A stretch of 64,000 nucleotides of DNA, taken from assembly GCA_964234715.1 (NCBI GenBank), contig OZ174275.1; one strand, 5' to 3'. Of this stretch, positions 25,648-36,355 are shown one piece after another. The notes beneath the pieces are model-generated. The model was not told the DNA's origin, did no database searches, and saw only the letters and a list, made by a program, of their open reading frames with translations. This DNA comes from Podarcis melisellensis (taxonomy: Eukaryota). The number at the start of each line of letters is the position of its first letter. Position 1 is the first letter of the stretch. A program made the translations under genes and the position numbers.

Positions 25648-26041
25648 TTGCCAAGTTAAAGAAATTATTCTGTGTCCAGAAACCACACTAAGTATTTCTT
25701 TAGCATTTATATTTCTTTTGCAAGTTGGTGAATTTTTCTCAGTGGAGTTTGCTCAGTGGAAAATGCTTTAGCACTACGGGAAGAATTTTAGGAAGAACGT
25801 CATTTCTTTTTCATGGGAAACCGGCTAGCTAGGAGAAGCCAGCTGTTGCCATGTCATATTTTATTGCAGATAATTTTGGTAGAAATGTGTAAATGATTCA
25901 CAAACAGGAAAGAAATGTTTGTACCAGTATGGTTGTGTTATTTATAGCAATGACCCTGCTGAATCAGAACTTATTTTTATCGAACTATTTTTTTCTTTTC
26001 TTTTTTTCTTTTCCTTTTTCTTCTTCTTTTGTAACCTGTAG

Positions 26042-26044
26042 CCG
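26042..26044 (+). CDS. RALGAPA1: Candidate 3-nt microexon (CCG) of RALGAPA1, inserting one Ala
   Basis: About 45-nt pure pyrimidine tract, then ctgtAG|CCG|GTGAGT (consensus donor). Frame-preserving in a phase-1 intron. Confidence 0.6.
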
Positions 26045-27947
26045 GTGAGTATTCTTCCTGATCGTTGAGGTTCGTTTTTTGCATACTAATGCATCCCTCT
26101 TTAACCTTTAGCATGCACCGTTAGCGACATAACAAATTCTAACTTTCTCCTTTCTGTACTCATCTGTAAATGCCCTCCAACCTCTGCTGTCCTTGTCTCA
26201 CGTCTCACACCTGTTATCTTTTTATCTTTTTCCCCCTTTTCCTCACTTCTGTCCACCTCTCCTTCATCACTTCTTCATTCTCAACAAAGAAAGAAATGGT
26301 GTGATATTTCTTCTCCTTCCCAAACCACCACTAGAAAGCATTGGCCACTTCAAGGTAAAGGGCAAAGGCTTGAAACGGAAGGTCTTTCACGCTAGCTGTG
26401 AATGGTATGCTATGCAGAGCATCAGCAATTATTTTTTACGCTCTACCTCATCATTTGAAATGCTTTGATTCCTTGTAAAACCAGAACAAGATAGAATTTA
26501 TTAACATGGGGGGTGTTAAAAAACAGCCTTTCCCTGTAGGGAAGAGGACTTTTCTGCTTAGTTTTGTGGGGGGGGGGTTGTAAAGTGCAATAAATTTTCT
26601 ACTCTTACGATTAGCAGAATGTTTGGAACTGCTATACCTGGATCATAAAAAGAAACACACACATTTGGAGAGCAAAAGCAGAGGTTTTGTCAGTTTCAGA
26701 AAGTGTTTGGCCAAAGCAGACGCAATAGCATTTGAGTTATTAGATCAGGCTTATGGCAGTGTTCTTTAAAAGCAGTGTTAGACTTCTGACCTGGCCATGA
26801 TGGTTTGCAGTAACCTCTTTAGGAAATCTAGCTGAGTGGAAGCAAGAAATGTGTCCTAGGATTTATATGCCTTCAACAGGAACTCGGACATGAATGTTGT
26901 TGTTCTAACTTTGGAGATAGTGAAAACATTTTCTTAAAAGTGGTTTTCTGTATCAAAGCATTTTTCATAAAGCAGTAGTAATACTAAAATACTCAGGTCA
27001 TTTTTAAAGTGGTAATTTTATCCAAATGCTTCAGAAGCATTCATAATGTTATAGGATCCAAACAGGTCGCACATGGAACAACCCAGGGATTTTTCAGAGG
27101 GGTACCTTCCCACTGCAGCCCTTCATGACTCTGAAAATATGCCTCTTGGAGGTTAGAAAGCACCTCAGAGGAAGATTTGACGCAATAGGTTGTGAGGTGG
27201 CTGCAAGGGGATGGTTGGCCATTTCCTTGTGAATGTGACTTTCCACTTGCGCATGGGGTTCTTTGAATTCTGTCCTATGCGTAAATTTTAATAAACTGTT
27301 CTTGAGCAAAAAATACTGTTCCTAATGAAGATGTCGTGGATATGCTCTTAGAGGAAATTATTTAATTTTAAATATTATAATAAATTACTCATTTACTAAC
27401 TCAATTACAAGGGAATCCTGTTGATATTGTTGTAAACTTTAGCCCTGTACGACTTCTGTACTGCCATTGGCTATGAATCTGATGTTCTGTGTGTATAAAG
27501 TCCCTTAAAAGCAATTGGCTTCTGGTGGAATCCAGTTGGTGCTGTTGTGATCATAGAAGCACTTTACTTCCAGCAGATGCCTATGTTAATAGAAGAGGGT
27601 ATGCTATTTTTCCTGATTCCCCCTCCCTGCTGCATCCCTCAGCACTCCCTGAAAATCAGCTCCAGAGAGTGGGGGGGGGGGGGGCTTGCAGAGCAGAGTG
27701 AGCTGATGCAAATGGAATCAGCCAAAATTGCTTCCGTTAGTGGACATCCGCTAGAACAAAAGCTTTTCTCTAAGGGCAAGGGCACAAACTGTATGTCCAA
27801 ATACATGCATAGTACTAAAATAAGGTTGGACTTTTTTTGTTTACATTTACAACAGGGAACCAATGGAATGTATGTAGCTCCTAAAATATAGCTAAAGGAG
27901 TCTGAACTTAGGGCTGGAATTGACGATGTATATTTGATAGGCAACAA

Positions 27948-28078
27948 NNNNNNNNNNNNNNNNNNNNNNNNNNNNNNNNNNNNNNNNNNNNNNNNNNNNN
28001 NNNNNNNNNNNNNNNNNNNNNNNNNNNNNNNNNNNNNNNNNNNNNNNNNNNNNNNNNNNNNNNNNNNNNNNNNNNNNN
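27948..28078. other. Assembly gap (N run)
   Basis: N bases. Confidence 1.
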
Positions 28079-28672
28079 AAGAATTCATCTTCCACAGCTT
28101 CATTAGTTAGGTAGATTTAAGAAAGAATTGTCTTTCTGGCAACTGAAGGCTGAACACGGAGCATGCTTAGGGGGAAAACACTGACCTGTTTTGCATCTCT
28201 CATAGAAGTCTGGACACTGCAATAAATCTTATCAACCTAACTCCTTTGCTGCTGTTCCTGCAACTTATTTTGGGGGGCCTATATGTGGGAAGGGTTTGTC
28301 TCAGATTCATCTTGTTCCTTTTACAAAGATACCGAACCATGTAGTGCATCCAGCTAGCATGATCTATTCACGCTTCTGCCCTGTTGAATCCTGTAGGAAT
28401 TCATGTGGTGAGGGTGTTAAGTAGAAAATGGGTGCCAACCTCAGTCCTTGTATAGTATCTCCCCAGCCTCTTGCTGTGTTCTGACCTTCCTTCAGAGCTT
28501 AGTTAGATTTGCCATCAGCCTTCCACTCACATAAAGTGGAATGGGTTTGTTAATGATTGTAGCAGATGAGCTAGTATGGTTTCTTCTGTGTCTAAAGAAG
28601 GGTTGGGGACTTGCTCTTTCCTAACCACCAGCAGATTGTTCTCATATGTGGGGGTCTTCTTGTTTCCCATAG

Positions 28673-28821
28673 GCTCCTACCCAGAGACTCAGGCGTCCGA
28701 AGCTCCAACAGCAGCGCAGATGGACGGGCCCGATCTAGCCTTCCCCATTTCTCCCCGGACTAGCAAGAGCCGCATGTCCATGAAACTACGGCGCTCCTCT
28801 GGCTCAGCCAACAAGACCTAA
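28673..28821 (+). CDS. RALGAPA1: RALGAPA1 terminal coding exon (GSYPETQASEAPT...MKLRRSSGSANKT*)
   Basis: tcttcttgtttcccatAG acceptor (28671-28672). Phase 1 continues from 18888. TAA at 28819-28821. Recognisable long-isoform C-terminus. Confidence 0.92.
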
Positions 28822-29803
28822 GAATGGGTGAAGCCTGCAGCCCCCTTTCCTGAGATGTTTGTCTCCCCTCTGTATGGAATACTTGTCCCACATTTGTCCA
28901 CTTGTTTGTTTATTTTAGAAAACCATATTGGAATTTTATTTCAAACTGAAAATACCTTGGCTTTCGTTAGAATATTTTTATCTAATTCCCTGCTTCCATA
29001 ACTTGTCAGTGTAGGGTCATTTCTGCACCCATTTTACCTTTCCTTGTGAGACCCTGTTTTAACCTCTGGGTCTGTTGCTAGCCACACCTGGGGCTGGAGA
29101 CTGCAGGCATGTTTCTCTGTTTTGTTGTACAACCCTCTAAATTAAAAAGTACCATTTGCAAATGAATGTACTATTCAAATGAAGATGCACCTCTGGAGTC
29201 CTCTGCAAAGGTCACTAGGAGACACAGAATTATGTACAGAGAATATATGTGATAAGAATTAAGGCCCTTCAAGTAAACAGAGGCCCATCGCCATCTCTCT
29301 TACTGTCATTCGCTGCTGGACAGGCACCACAGCAAGATCCCAGTGCTGAAATGCTAACAGCTTTCTACTCTCCTGCTAGTATTTGCTTTCCAGATGTGAG
29401 TTATGGCACTGTCAGCCTTCCTCTTCCGAAAACTGTCCCTTGGTCTATCTGTAAGATATGCATACTTTCAAGCCCTTTGCCATGTCAGTCATTTGCTCTG
29501 AGCTCTGTACCATTACTGGGGAGAAAAAGGGACTGTGCCCTTGCAGCGGCAGATGTATGCACAAACACATTCCACTCCAAATTCCCACTACCCCCAGACG
29601 TATTTTCATACCGAAAAAAATACAACTATGTTGTTCGCCATATTCTGCTCTAACAAAATGTAGCATGGCACCGGTACTAACTGCATGTGTAAATATCTGT
29701 CCTTCACCTGGGCAACTATAGAAATATATATTGATGTATTTGTTCACCGTGTAGTATATACAAATTTGTAATGGTTGAAAAAAGACATGCTATTTAATAA
29801 TAC

Positions 29804-29809
29804 AATAAA
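29804..29809 (+). terminator. RALGAPA1: Probable RALGAPA1 polyadenylation signal (3' UTR about 28822-29825)
   Basis: AATAAA about 1 kb after the stop, with UGUA elements upstream and a GU-rich tract (tgtgtatgctctgt) downstream. Confidence 0.65.
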
Positions 29810-32002
29810 ATTATTCTTACCACCTGTGTATGCTCTGTATTCCACTGCAAATATTGGAAAGATTGCTTAAATCAATCACAGTATTAGTAGCTTCATGAGG
29901 AGAGTGGAGAGCAGGCATGGAATGGCTCGTGGTTGTAAGATTGCAAAGCTTTTACAGCAAGCTTCTTAATTGACAGTTTACGGTAACTCACAGTCCCTTT
30001 TTGGGGTAATTCTGCACATAAATATTAAGTTCTGAGATACTTCCAAGTGTATAGGATTGCCACCTTAGTCCCACTTCGTAGTTCCAAGATAATGCTTGCC
30101 TAAATCCTTCCTTTCTGGCTCAATAAATTTTGCTTAAGCGGATTGATAATGCTGTACAAAGTGAATAATTCCATGTTGAATTAATATTGCTGAAAACATC
30201 CTTGCAAAAATAATAATAATGAATGCCTGTTTGGGTTCCAAAGTAGAACAAGTTCAAATAGCTACATTATAATAGCAGCTTAAAATTGAAGCAGTTGACA
30301 ATTCCTTGACAGTAAAATGTCTCTTTGGGAACTCTCTTAAAGAAAGGCTTTTAATTTTTTTCCCATTAAGGTAAAATCATTATCTAACTTAGTTCCTAAA
30401 AGTATGTAGAAATACTTAACTTCTACATACTTGGTCACATAGCATGCTGTATTTTTCAAGTTTCAAAATAATTTCACTAATGTTACCCTAGTTAAAATGA
30501 AGTTGCCTTTCCGTATTTCATCTTCCATCGATCAATACTTCTGCACACACAACAGTTAAATCCAGCTATAAGTATCAATTTACAAAGGACTATGCAAATT
30601 TAATCAATAAAAGTTGCCCCCTATCTACAAACAGGTTTGCAAAAGTGGACTTCCAGCAAATGTATCAGTGAAGAAGTTGGAGAGGGAATTGACCACCAGA
30701 ATTTCTAAAATGGTTACTAGATTTGAAGGCTGGGGTCCAAAAAGATGTCTGCTCAAGTAATCCAGTACACTATTAGACTTGTACATTTAACAACTAATCC
30801 TTATGCGTTAGTGCAAGCTGTTTTTGAAGCTCTTTGGTTTGCCATGTAGGATGGGGTGGCTGTTAAAAAGAAAGACTAATGCTTTGTTTGACTAATTGAA
30901 CAATTTTCATGAATCTTGAAATTCTGGCTGAACATTTTGGACTTCAAAGTAGCTTCCTGCTTTCTCTTTTTGTATGCGCTCCCTTTTGCATATCATATTT
31001 TTTTTAACTTAAAAGAGTGGAACAAGATGCTCAGAAAATAGGCAGAATACACTACCAAAAAAATCATCAATCCAGAATTTAATAGCCAGCAATGAGCAAG
31101 AGCAGACAAAGGGAACTTTGCACATTGTATGTATGTATATATTTATATATGTACTTATATGTATATATAATAGGACTGCACGCTGACTTTCTACAAATAT
31201 CAGACAGTGTTGTAATACAAGATACAACGAATAAAACACTTCACAGCAAATTAAACTCTTTAAACCCTCAGAGGCTGGAGAGGCAGATTCCACTAATTAA
31301 GTATGAGGGCTAACTAGTTCTCCTGGAGAATTAATATTTTTTTGTTAAATACAATGTCGGAATGTACTTTGATCCTAGGGACAGGAGTGACCGGAATGAA
31401 ATCGTTCAGGCCCCCATTTTCCCTAGACAGCTTTTACTCGCAGGCAGGCACACAGATGGCTCTAGGTTTGGCTATAGTATTTCGAGTACACAGAAAAATG
31501 TCTCTCTACCCCACACCCACGCTTAAAGCAATGTCACATTTTCCAGTCCTGTAGTGGAAGGGGTGATTCCCAATCGCCTCAAATAGACTGTTGGCTCGCT
31601 TTCCCTTTCGCTTTCTTGAAGTGACAAGTTTTAAGTACTGTAAGTGGAAACTGGATTCACAGAATATACAGTGCACCACTCTACCCTTTCATAAGGCAGT
31701 AAGGCTAATTGTGTTCATACATTAAAAACGTTTGGCATGACGTATTTCTAAAGTCTGGTGATTTCCTTGGGCTATGCACTGCGATTTTCCATAGGAATTA
31801 CAGTTCGGATAGGATTCGTTCGGGTCTCCACCATCGGATTGAGGATCAAGGCTTAGGGGGCGAAGGAATTCTATCGTATAAATCGGTTCCCGCTAACTGG
31901 AGAATCGGTCAGTCAGCATCTGGCAATTTCATAGTTCAAGTCTGGTAAAGAAGCGGTGGCACATACCCCCTCACTTGCGCACCCCCACCCCCCCACCCCC
32001 AT

Positions 32003-33340
32003 CTAGCAGCCCGGCCTGACAGGCATCTGCAACAGGAGCACCTGCCTGTTCTCCGACGGGTGGCACTTGTTGATGTGCCGAGTGAGGCCGGGCGAGCTGA
32101 AGAAAGTCGAGGGGCAATGTTTGCAGGAGAAGATCTGCTGCTCGCCGTGCGCCACGCTGCCCTCGGGCTGCCCCAGGGGCAGCAGCAGCTCCTCCCGCAC
32201 GGCGTGCCACAGTCGGTGCTTGTCCCGGATGTCCGCCGAAGGGAAGTGCGCCCCGCACAAGTGGCACGGGAACGTGATCTGCTGCGCAGGCGGCGGGCTC
32301 CCGCCGTAGCCCAGCGCCCCGGGGGCCTGGTGGGTGCCCAGGTGCTTCCGCAGGTACGCCTGGCGCCGAAAGGTCTTGTGGCAATAGGGGCACAGGAAGA
32401 GCTCGCCGCCGGGCGCGCCCAGGCTGGAGCCGTCGGCGGCGCCCGCTTCGCAGTGCTGCTGCTGGGCGGCTCGGGACGGGGGCGGCGGCGGCGGCGGGTC
32501 CCGGCAGCAGGAGCTGTCCGCGGCGCCGTGGTGCTGATCTGGTCCGGCCTGGCCGCGGCTGTTCTCTTTGTCCTGGGCGGGGCCGGGCGCCGAGGGCGGG
32601 CGCGGCTTGTGCCAGCGGCGGTGCGACGCCAGGTTGGCCGGGCAGCTGAAGATCTTGTGGCACTCGGGGCAGCGGTACTCGACGCGCACGATCCGCGAGC
32701 AGCGGTGCTGCGCCAGCGCCAGAGGGTCGGCGTAGGGCTCCTTGCACAGCTGGCACACGAACTCGCCCAGCAGCGGCGGGCCTGCCCCGCGGGGCCCCTC
32801 CGACGCCCCCTCCGACGCCGCCTTGATCCGCAAGCCCAGCACGGGCGACGTGGTCACCTCGTCGGCGAAGCTCAGCTTGCGCACGGCCTTGGGCTTCTTG
32901 GCCGGGGGCGCCTTGGCGCGGGGCGCCCGCTTGAGCGCCGGGTAAAGCGGCGGCGGTGCCGAGGTGGCCGGCAGAGAGAGCGGCAGCGGCAGTGGCAGCG
33001 GCGTGCGAGGAAGCAGAGGCAGCTTCTCCGCCGCGGCCAAGGCGGGCCCCGCAGGGAAGGACTCCGCCGAGGCGGGAGAGCGCGCGCAGCGCTGGGGCTC
33101 TCCGGCGGCTGAGGCGGCGGCGGCGGCTGCGCTGTCCGAGGTGCCTGCGCCCCACACGGCCGCCAGCGGGGCGTTGGGCTGAGGCAGCAGCTGTTGCTGC
33201 GGAGGGGGCTCGGGCGAAGGCGCCGGGACGCGGGGCGTCTCCTCCGCGGGGCAGGGCGCGGGGGGCAGTCCCGGAGGGGGGCGCACCCGGTAAGAGCCCC
33301 CCGGTCTCCTGCTCCGCTTGACGAGGAACCCCCGCGGCAT
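32003..33340 (-). CDS. INSM2: Insulinoma-associated protein 2 (SNAG domain plus C2H2 zinc fingers), single exon, 445 aa
   Basis: True start MPRGFLVKR (SNAG) at ATG 33340. Contains '[17 protein letters not shown]', the INSM zinc fingers and C-terminus [13 protein letters not shown] (INSM2-like). Tail-to-tail with RALGAPA1, the known RALGAPA1-INSM2 synteny. Confidence 0.93.
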   Translation of the reverse strand: MPRGFLVKRSRRPGGSYRVRPPPGLPPAPCPAEETPRVPAPSPEPPPQQQLLPQPNAPLAAVWGAGTSDSAAAAAASAAGEPQRCARSPASAESFPAGPALAAAEKLPLLPRTPLPLPLPLSLPATSAPPPLYPALKRAPRAKAPPAKKPKAVRKLSFADEVTTSPVLGLRIKAASEGASEGPRGAGPPLLGEFVCQLCKEPYADPLALAQHRCSRIVRVEYRCPECHKIFSCPANLASHRRWHKPRPPSAPGPAQDKENSRGQAGPDQHHGAADSSCCRDPPPPPPPSRAAQQQHCEAGAADGSSLGAPGGELFLCPYCHKTFRRQAYLRKHLGTHQAPGALGYGGSPPPAQQITFPCHLCGAHFPSADIRDKHRLWHAVREELLLPLGQPEGSVAHGEQQIFSCKHCPSTFFSSPGLTRHINKCHPSENRQVLLLQMPVRPGC

Positions 33341-33402
33341 CTTCCGCGACGCCCCACGGCAGCGCTCCCTTTCCACCGGCGGCTCCGCGTGCCCGACGGG
33401 AG

Positions 33403-33466
33403 TTTATACCTCAGGCACCTCTGGGGAGCCCGCGCGTCATCCTCTCTCCGGCCCAGGGCTGCCAAT
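33403..33466 (-). promoter_or_regulatory. INSM2: INSM2 core promoter: TATAAA (33403-33408, minus), TGACG CRE half-site (~33435) and CCAAT box (33462-33466)
   Basis: The only TATA motif in the island, 63 bp upstream of the ATG, with CCAAT about 55 bp further upstream. Confidence 0.65.
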
Positions 33467-34610
33467 GAGGAGTTGGGAAGGCGAGGGGAGAGGAGAGGGC
33501 GGGCAGGGGGGGGGTGAGGGAGAGGACTGGAAAAGGCGGGAGAATCGGAGCTGGGGGAGGAGGGAGGCCACTTTCCCAGCCTGCGCCAGGAGGTGGGGGT
33601 GGGGCCGTTTACCTCAGCGAGCGCCCCGCGAGTTTCGCGCCCAGCGGCCCCCACAGGTGCCTGGCCGCGCCGAACTGCCCTCTCGGCCCGGCGCCCTCCC
33701 TTTTTGCCTCACCTTCCCGGGCGAGCAGAGCCTCCTTCTTCGGAACTTGCCTCAGATGGCAAACGCGCGGGGAAAAGTCTCCTCAGCAAGCGCTGGTCCA
33801 GGGGATCCCAGCTCCCCGCACGTGGAAGCTGGGAGGCGCCTGGAGCTCAGCCCCTTCCCTTCGCCAGCGGGTGGGCTTGAGGTGCAGCCCCCCCCCCGTA
33901 AAGCAAACAACCGAATCTCCATCTTTTCCTGGGTGGGAGCAGGGGTGGCAACTTGAATAAAATATTGGGGGGGCCGCATAATCGATCACATGACGGAGCA
34001 CACCCACCCACTACTGAATGGCAATGCCCCTCAACTTTGGGGAGGCGGCTCCCTCAAATATTTTATTGGGGGGTGGCCAGAGGGAGTTGGCTCCTATGGG
34101 TGGGAGGTGCGGGTGGGGGACTCCAATAGACAACAAGACAACCCTTTCGCAATCAATATTAGTGATAACAACGGTCCTTCTCTTGATTCGCTTTATTGAA
34201 AAGAAGCCCCTGAAAGTATCTTGCCAGTTCCTCGACAGACCCGCTGCCGTTCTTTGGGTATCCCGTTTCTCCAGCCGTGTAATTCCGCTGAGGAAAAGGC
34301 AAACTAACTATGAGGAAGCCGCTTCTCCAGCTCTGAAACAGCCGCGACTCTGCTAGGAGGTGCTTTGCCAATAAGTTCAGGGTACAGTATCTTCCTAGGA
34401 CAACTTAATCGGAGTCTTCTAACTGGAGCAGCCGGGGAGCTGTCCAGCAGCAGCCGTAGGTTTCTTTTGCGGATCTGGAGCCCAGGGAAGAAACGGGGAC
34501 GACATCTTTCTTCAGCGGCTCCCCCCCCCCCCAAACTTATTTCCATGCAGCTGCAGTCATGCTTCTGGCAACCCTGCTTGCTGCTGGAGAAACAGAAGGC
34601 TGCGGATCTT

Positions 34611-34611
34611 T

Positions 34612-34659
<48 letters not shown>

Positions 34660-34661
34660 TC
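34611..34661. repeat. (CTTT)n microsatellite
   Basis: Direct inspection. Confidence 0.9.
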
Positions 34662-35393
34662 GGGGAGGGTGTGTGTGGAAGGACTGCTTCCAACATGGCC
34701 TTGAGTTGTCACCCCCTCCGAAAGCCAGCAGGACTTAGCTGGGTCTCAGAATCTGTTTCCAGTTCCAGGTTTCAGCCTTGACAAATGCAGGACCTCGGGG
34801 AATGTAGACAGTCTCTTTCCTTCTCCACGAAGTGACCTCTAGCACCACTAACTGAAATGCAAATTGCTATGCAAGTAACTTCAGCTGCAGAATGTCATTT
34901 TAATAATTTAGTTTGCTCTGATTCTCTCACAGCTTGACTACTGCATCTTGAAACTTTTCTTGTCAGAACTTCGCTTTCAACTTTATCCAAAACTTTGCTG
35001 TGGAAATTATTCACCTCCCTCAGTTGTCCGATAATAGGGTGACCTTCCTCAAATATTTATTCCACCCTCTTTCACGTCCAGTGAGTGGAATAAAGTCTTC
35101 ATTCCAACATTGGAAGGTCCTCAGGTGTACATATGCAAGAGCTACAACATAATTTATCCCAAGTCATCAGTGACAAGATAATCACATTGCTTCCTTTTAT
35201 CAGCCAGGTACATGAAAAGGGAAAAGTTGCAGATTGATATGTGCGTCAGTAATAAGGGGGGCGGGAATCAAACCCAAGGCCTAGCTAGCCTGCCTTCTGT
35301 TCCCACAGTGGCCAGCCGCATGCCTATAAGTTCAGAGCTAGACTTGAGCACTATAGTAACAGCACTGATCTATAGTGGATTTTTTTCAATAAA

Positions 35394-35963
35394 TGTCAGG
35401 ACCCAGAGTCAGGTGTAGATCAGTGATTTAAAAAATGCTGGTGTCAGTGTTAACTATTTATTCAAACAAACCAAAACAGCACAGGCCTAGTGATTCCTGC
35501 AACTCTTCCCAGTATGTGGCAGTTGCGAGGAGTGAAGGTCTCCGCCTTCCCCCAGCTGCCTAAGCTTTTTCCCAAGCAATCAGAGACTGCATCTATGTGC
35601 AACCAATCTCTCCTCTGCTCTTTTCATTTCTCTGTGTGTTCTGGGAGACCAGGAAGGGAGCTGACCACAGCAGGAGGGGGAGACTTCCTGGATGCTTCAG
35701 CAGCCAGCCTCATCTCTGTCTCTTGGCCCTCCTCTCCAGTCTCTGAATCAGGACTGCTTTCTGCCTCAGTTTCTTCCTGCTCACTAAACCCTGTTGCCTC
35801 TTCAGCTTCTAACACCTCCTCCTCCCAGTCTTCTCTCTCTGACCACTCATTGTTGTCTCACCATCAGTCCCCTGGCTCTGCGCCTTCTTTTCCTGGGGGT
35901 TCCTTTGGGGGTTCCATAGCTGTTGCCTCCCACCACTCCTCTGCATCTAGCCAGTTCATAACA
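35394..35963 (-). mobile_element. Solo LTR (Gypsy-like), 570 bp
   Basis: TGTCA...TAACA termini, exact 5-bp TSD ATAAA (35389-35393, 35964-35968) and minus-strand AATAAA at ~35457-35462. Confidence 0.75.
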
Positions 35964-36010
35964 ATAAAGGTAATAAATAATATTTAACATTTGTACAGCA
36001 CTACCAAGTA

Positions 36011-36355
36011 GGGTGGCACTGTGGGTTAAACCACAGAGCCTAGGACTTGCCGATCAGAAGGTCAGCAGTTCGAATCCCTGCAACGGGGTGAGCTCCCGTC
36101 GCTCGGTCCCTGCTCCTGCCAACCTAGCAGTTCAAAAGCACGTCAAAGTGCAAGTAGATAAATAGGTACCGCTCCAGCGGGAAGGTAAATGGCGTTTCCA
36201 TGTCAGAAGCAGCTTAGTCATGCTGGCCACATGACCTGGAAGCTGTATGCCGGCTCCCTCAGCCAATAAAGCAAGATGAGCACCACAACCCCAGAGTCGG
36301 TTGCAACTGGACCTAATGGTCAGGGGTCCCTTTACCTTTACTTTACCTTTACCTT
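36011..36355 (+). mobile_element. Sauria SINE (slightly 5'-truncated)
   Basis: Same family as 5782-6125. (ACCTTT)n tail and 9-bp TSD TACCAAGTA. Confidence 0.9.

Larger units (their letters stand above)
31970..33900. promoter_or_regulatory. CpG island spanning INSM2 and its promoter
   Basis: Very high GC and CpG density compared with the AT-rich flanks. Confidence 0.9.

Noticed and set aside
29830-32002. Exact INSM2 3' end and overlap with the RALGAPA1 3' UTR
   Set aside because: I saw only ATTAAA-type candidates on the minus strand (~30349, ~30600); the end cannot be fixed without transcript data.
32003-33340. Calling the gene INSM1
   Set aside because: The C-terminus (LLLQMP.RPGC) and linkage to RALGAPA1-type exons fit INSM2; INSM1 is paired with RALGAPA2.
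33341-33376. 12-aa N-terminal extension of the INSM2 ORF in the track
   Set aside because: It begins at a non-ATG codon near the predicted TSS, and the SNAG domain must be at the N-terminus (MPRGFLVK).
31971-33960. Long overlapping ORFs on both strands around INSM2 (394, 350, 260 and 212 aa)
   Set aside because: Expected by-product of extreme GC content; low-complexity Arg/Gly/Ala/Pro translations with no domains.
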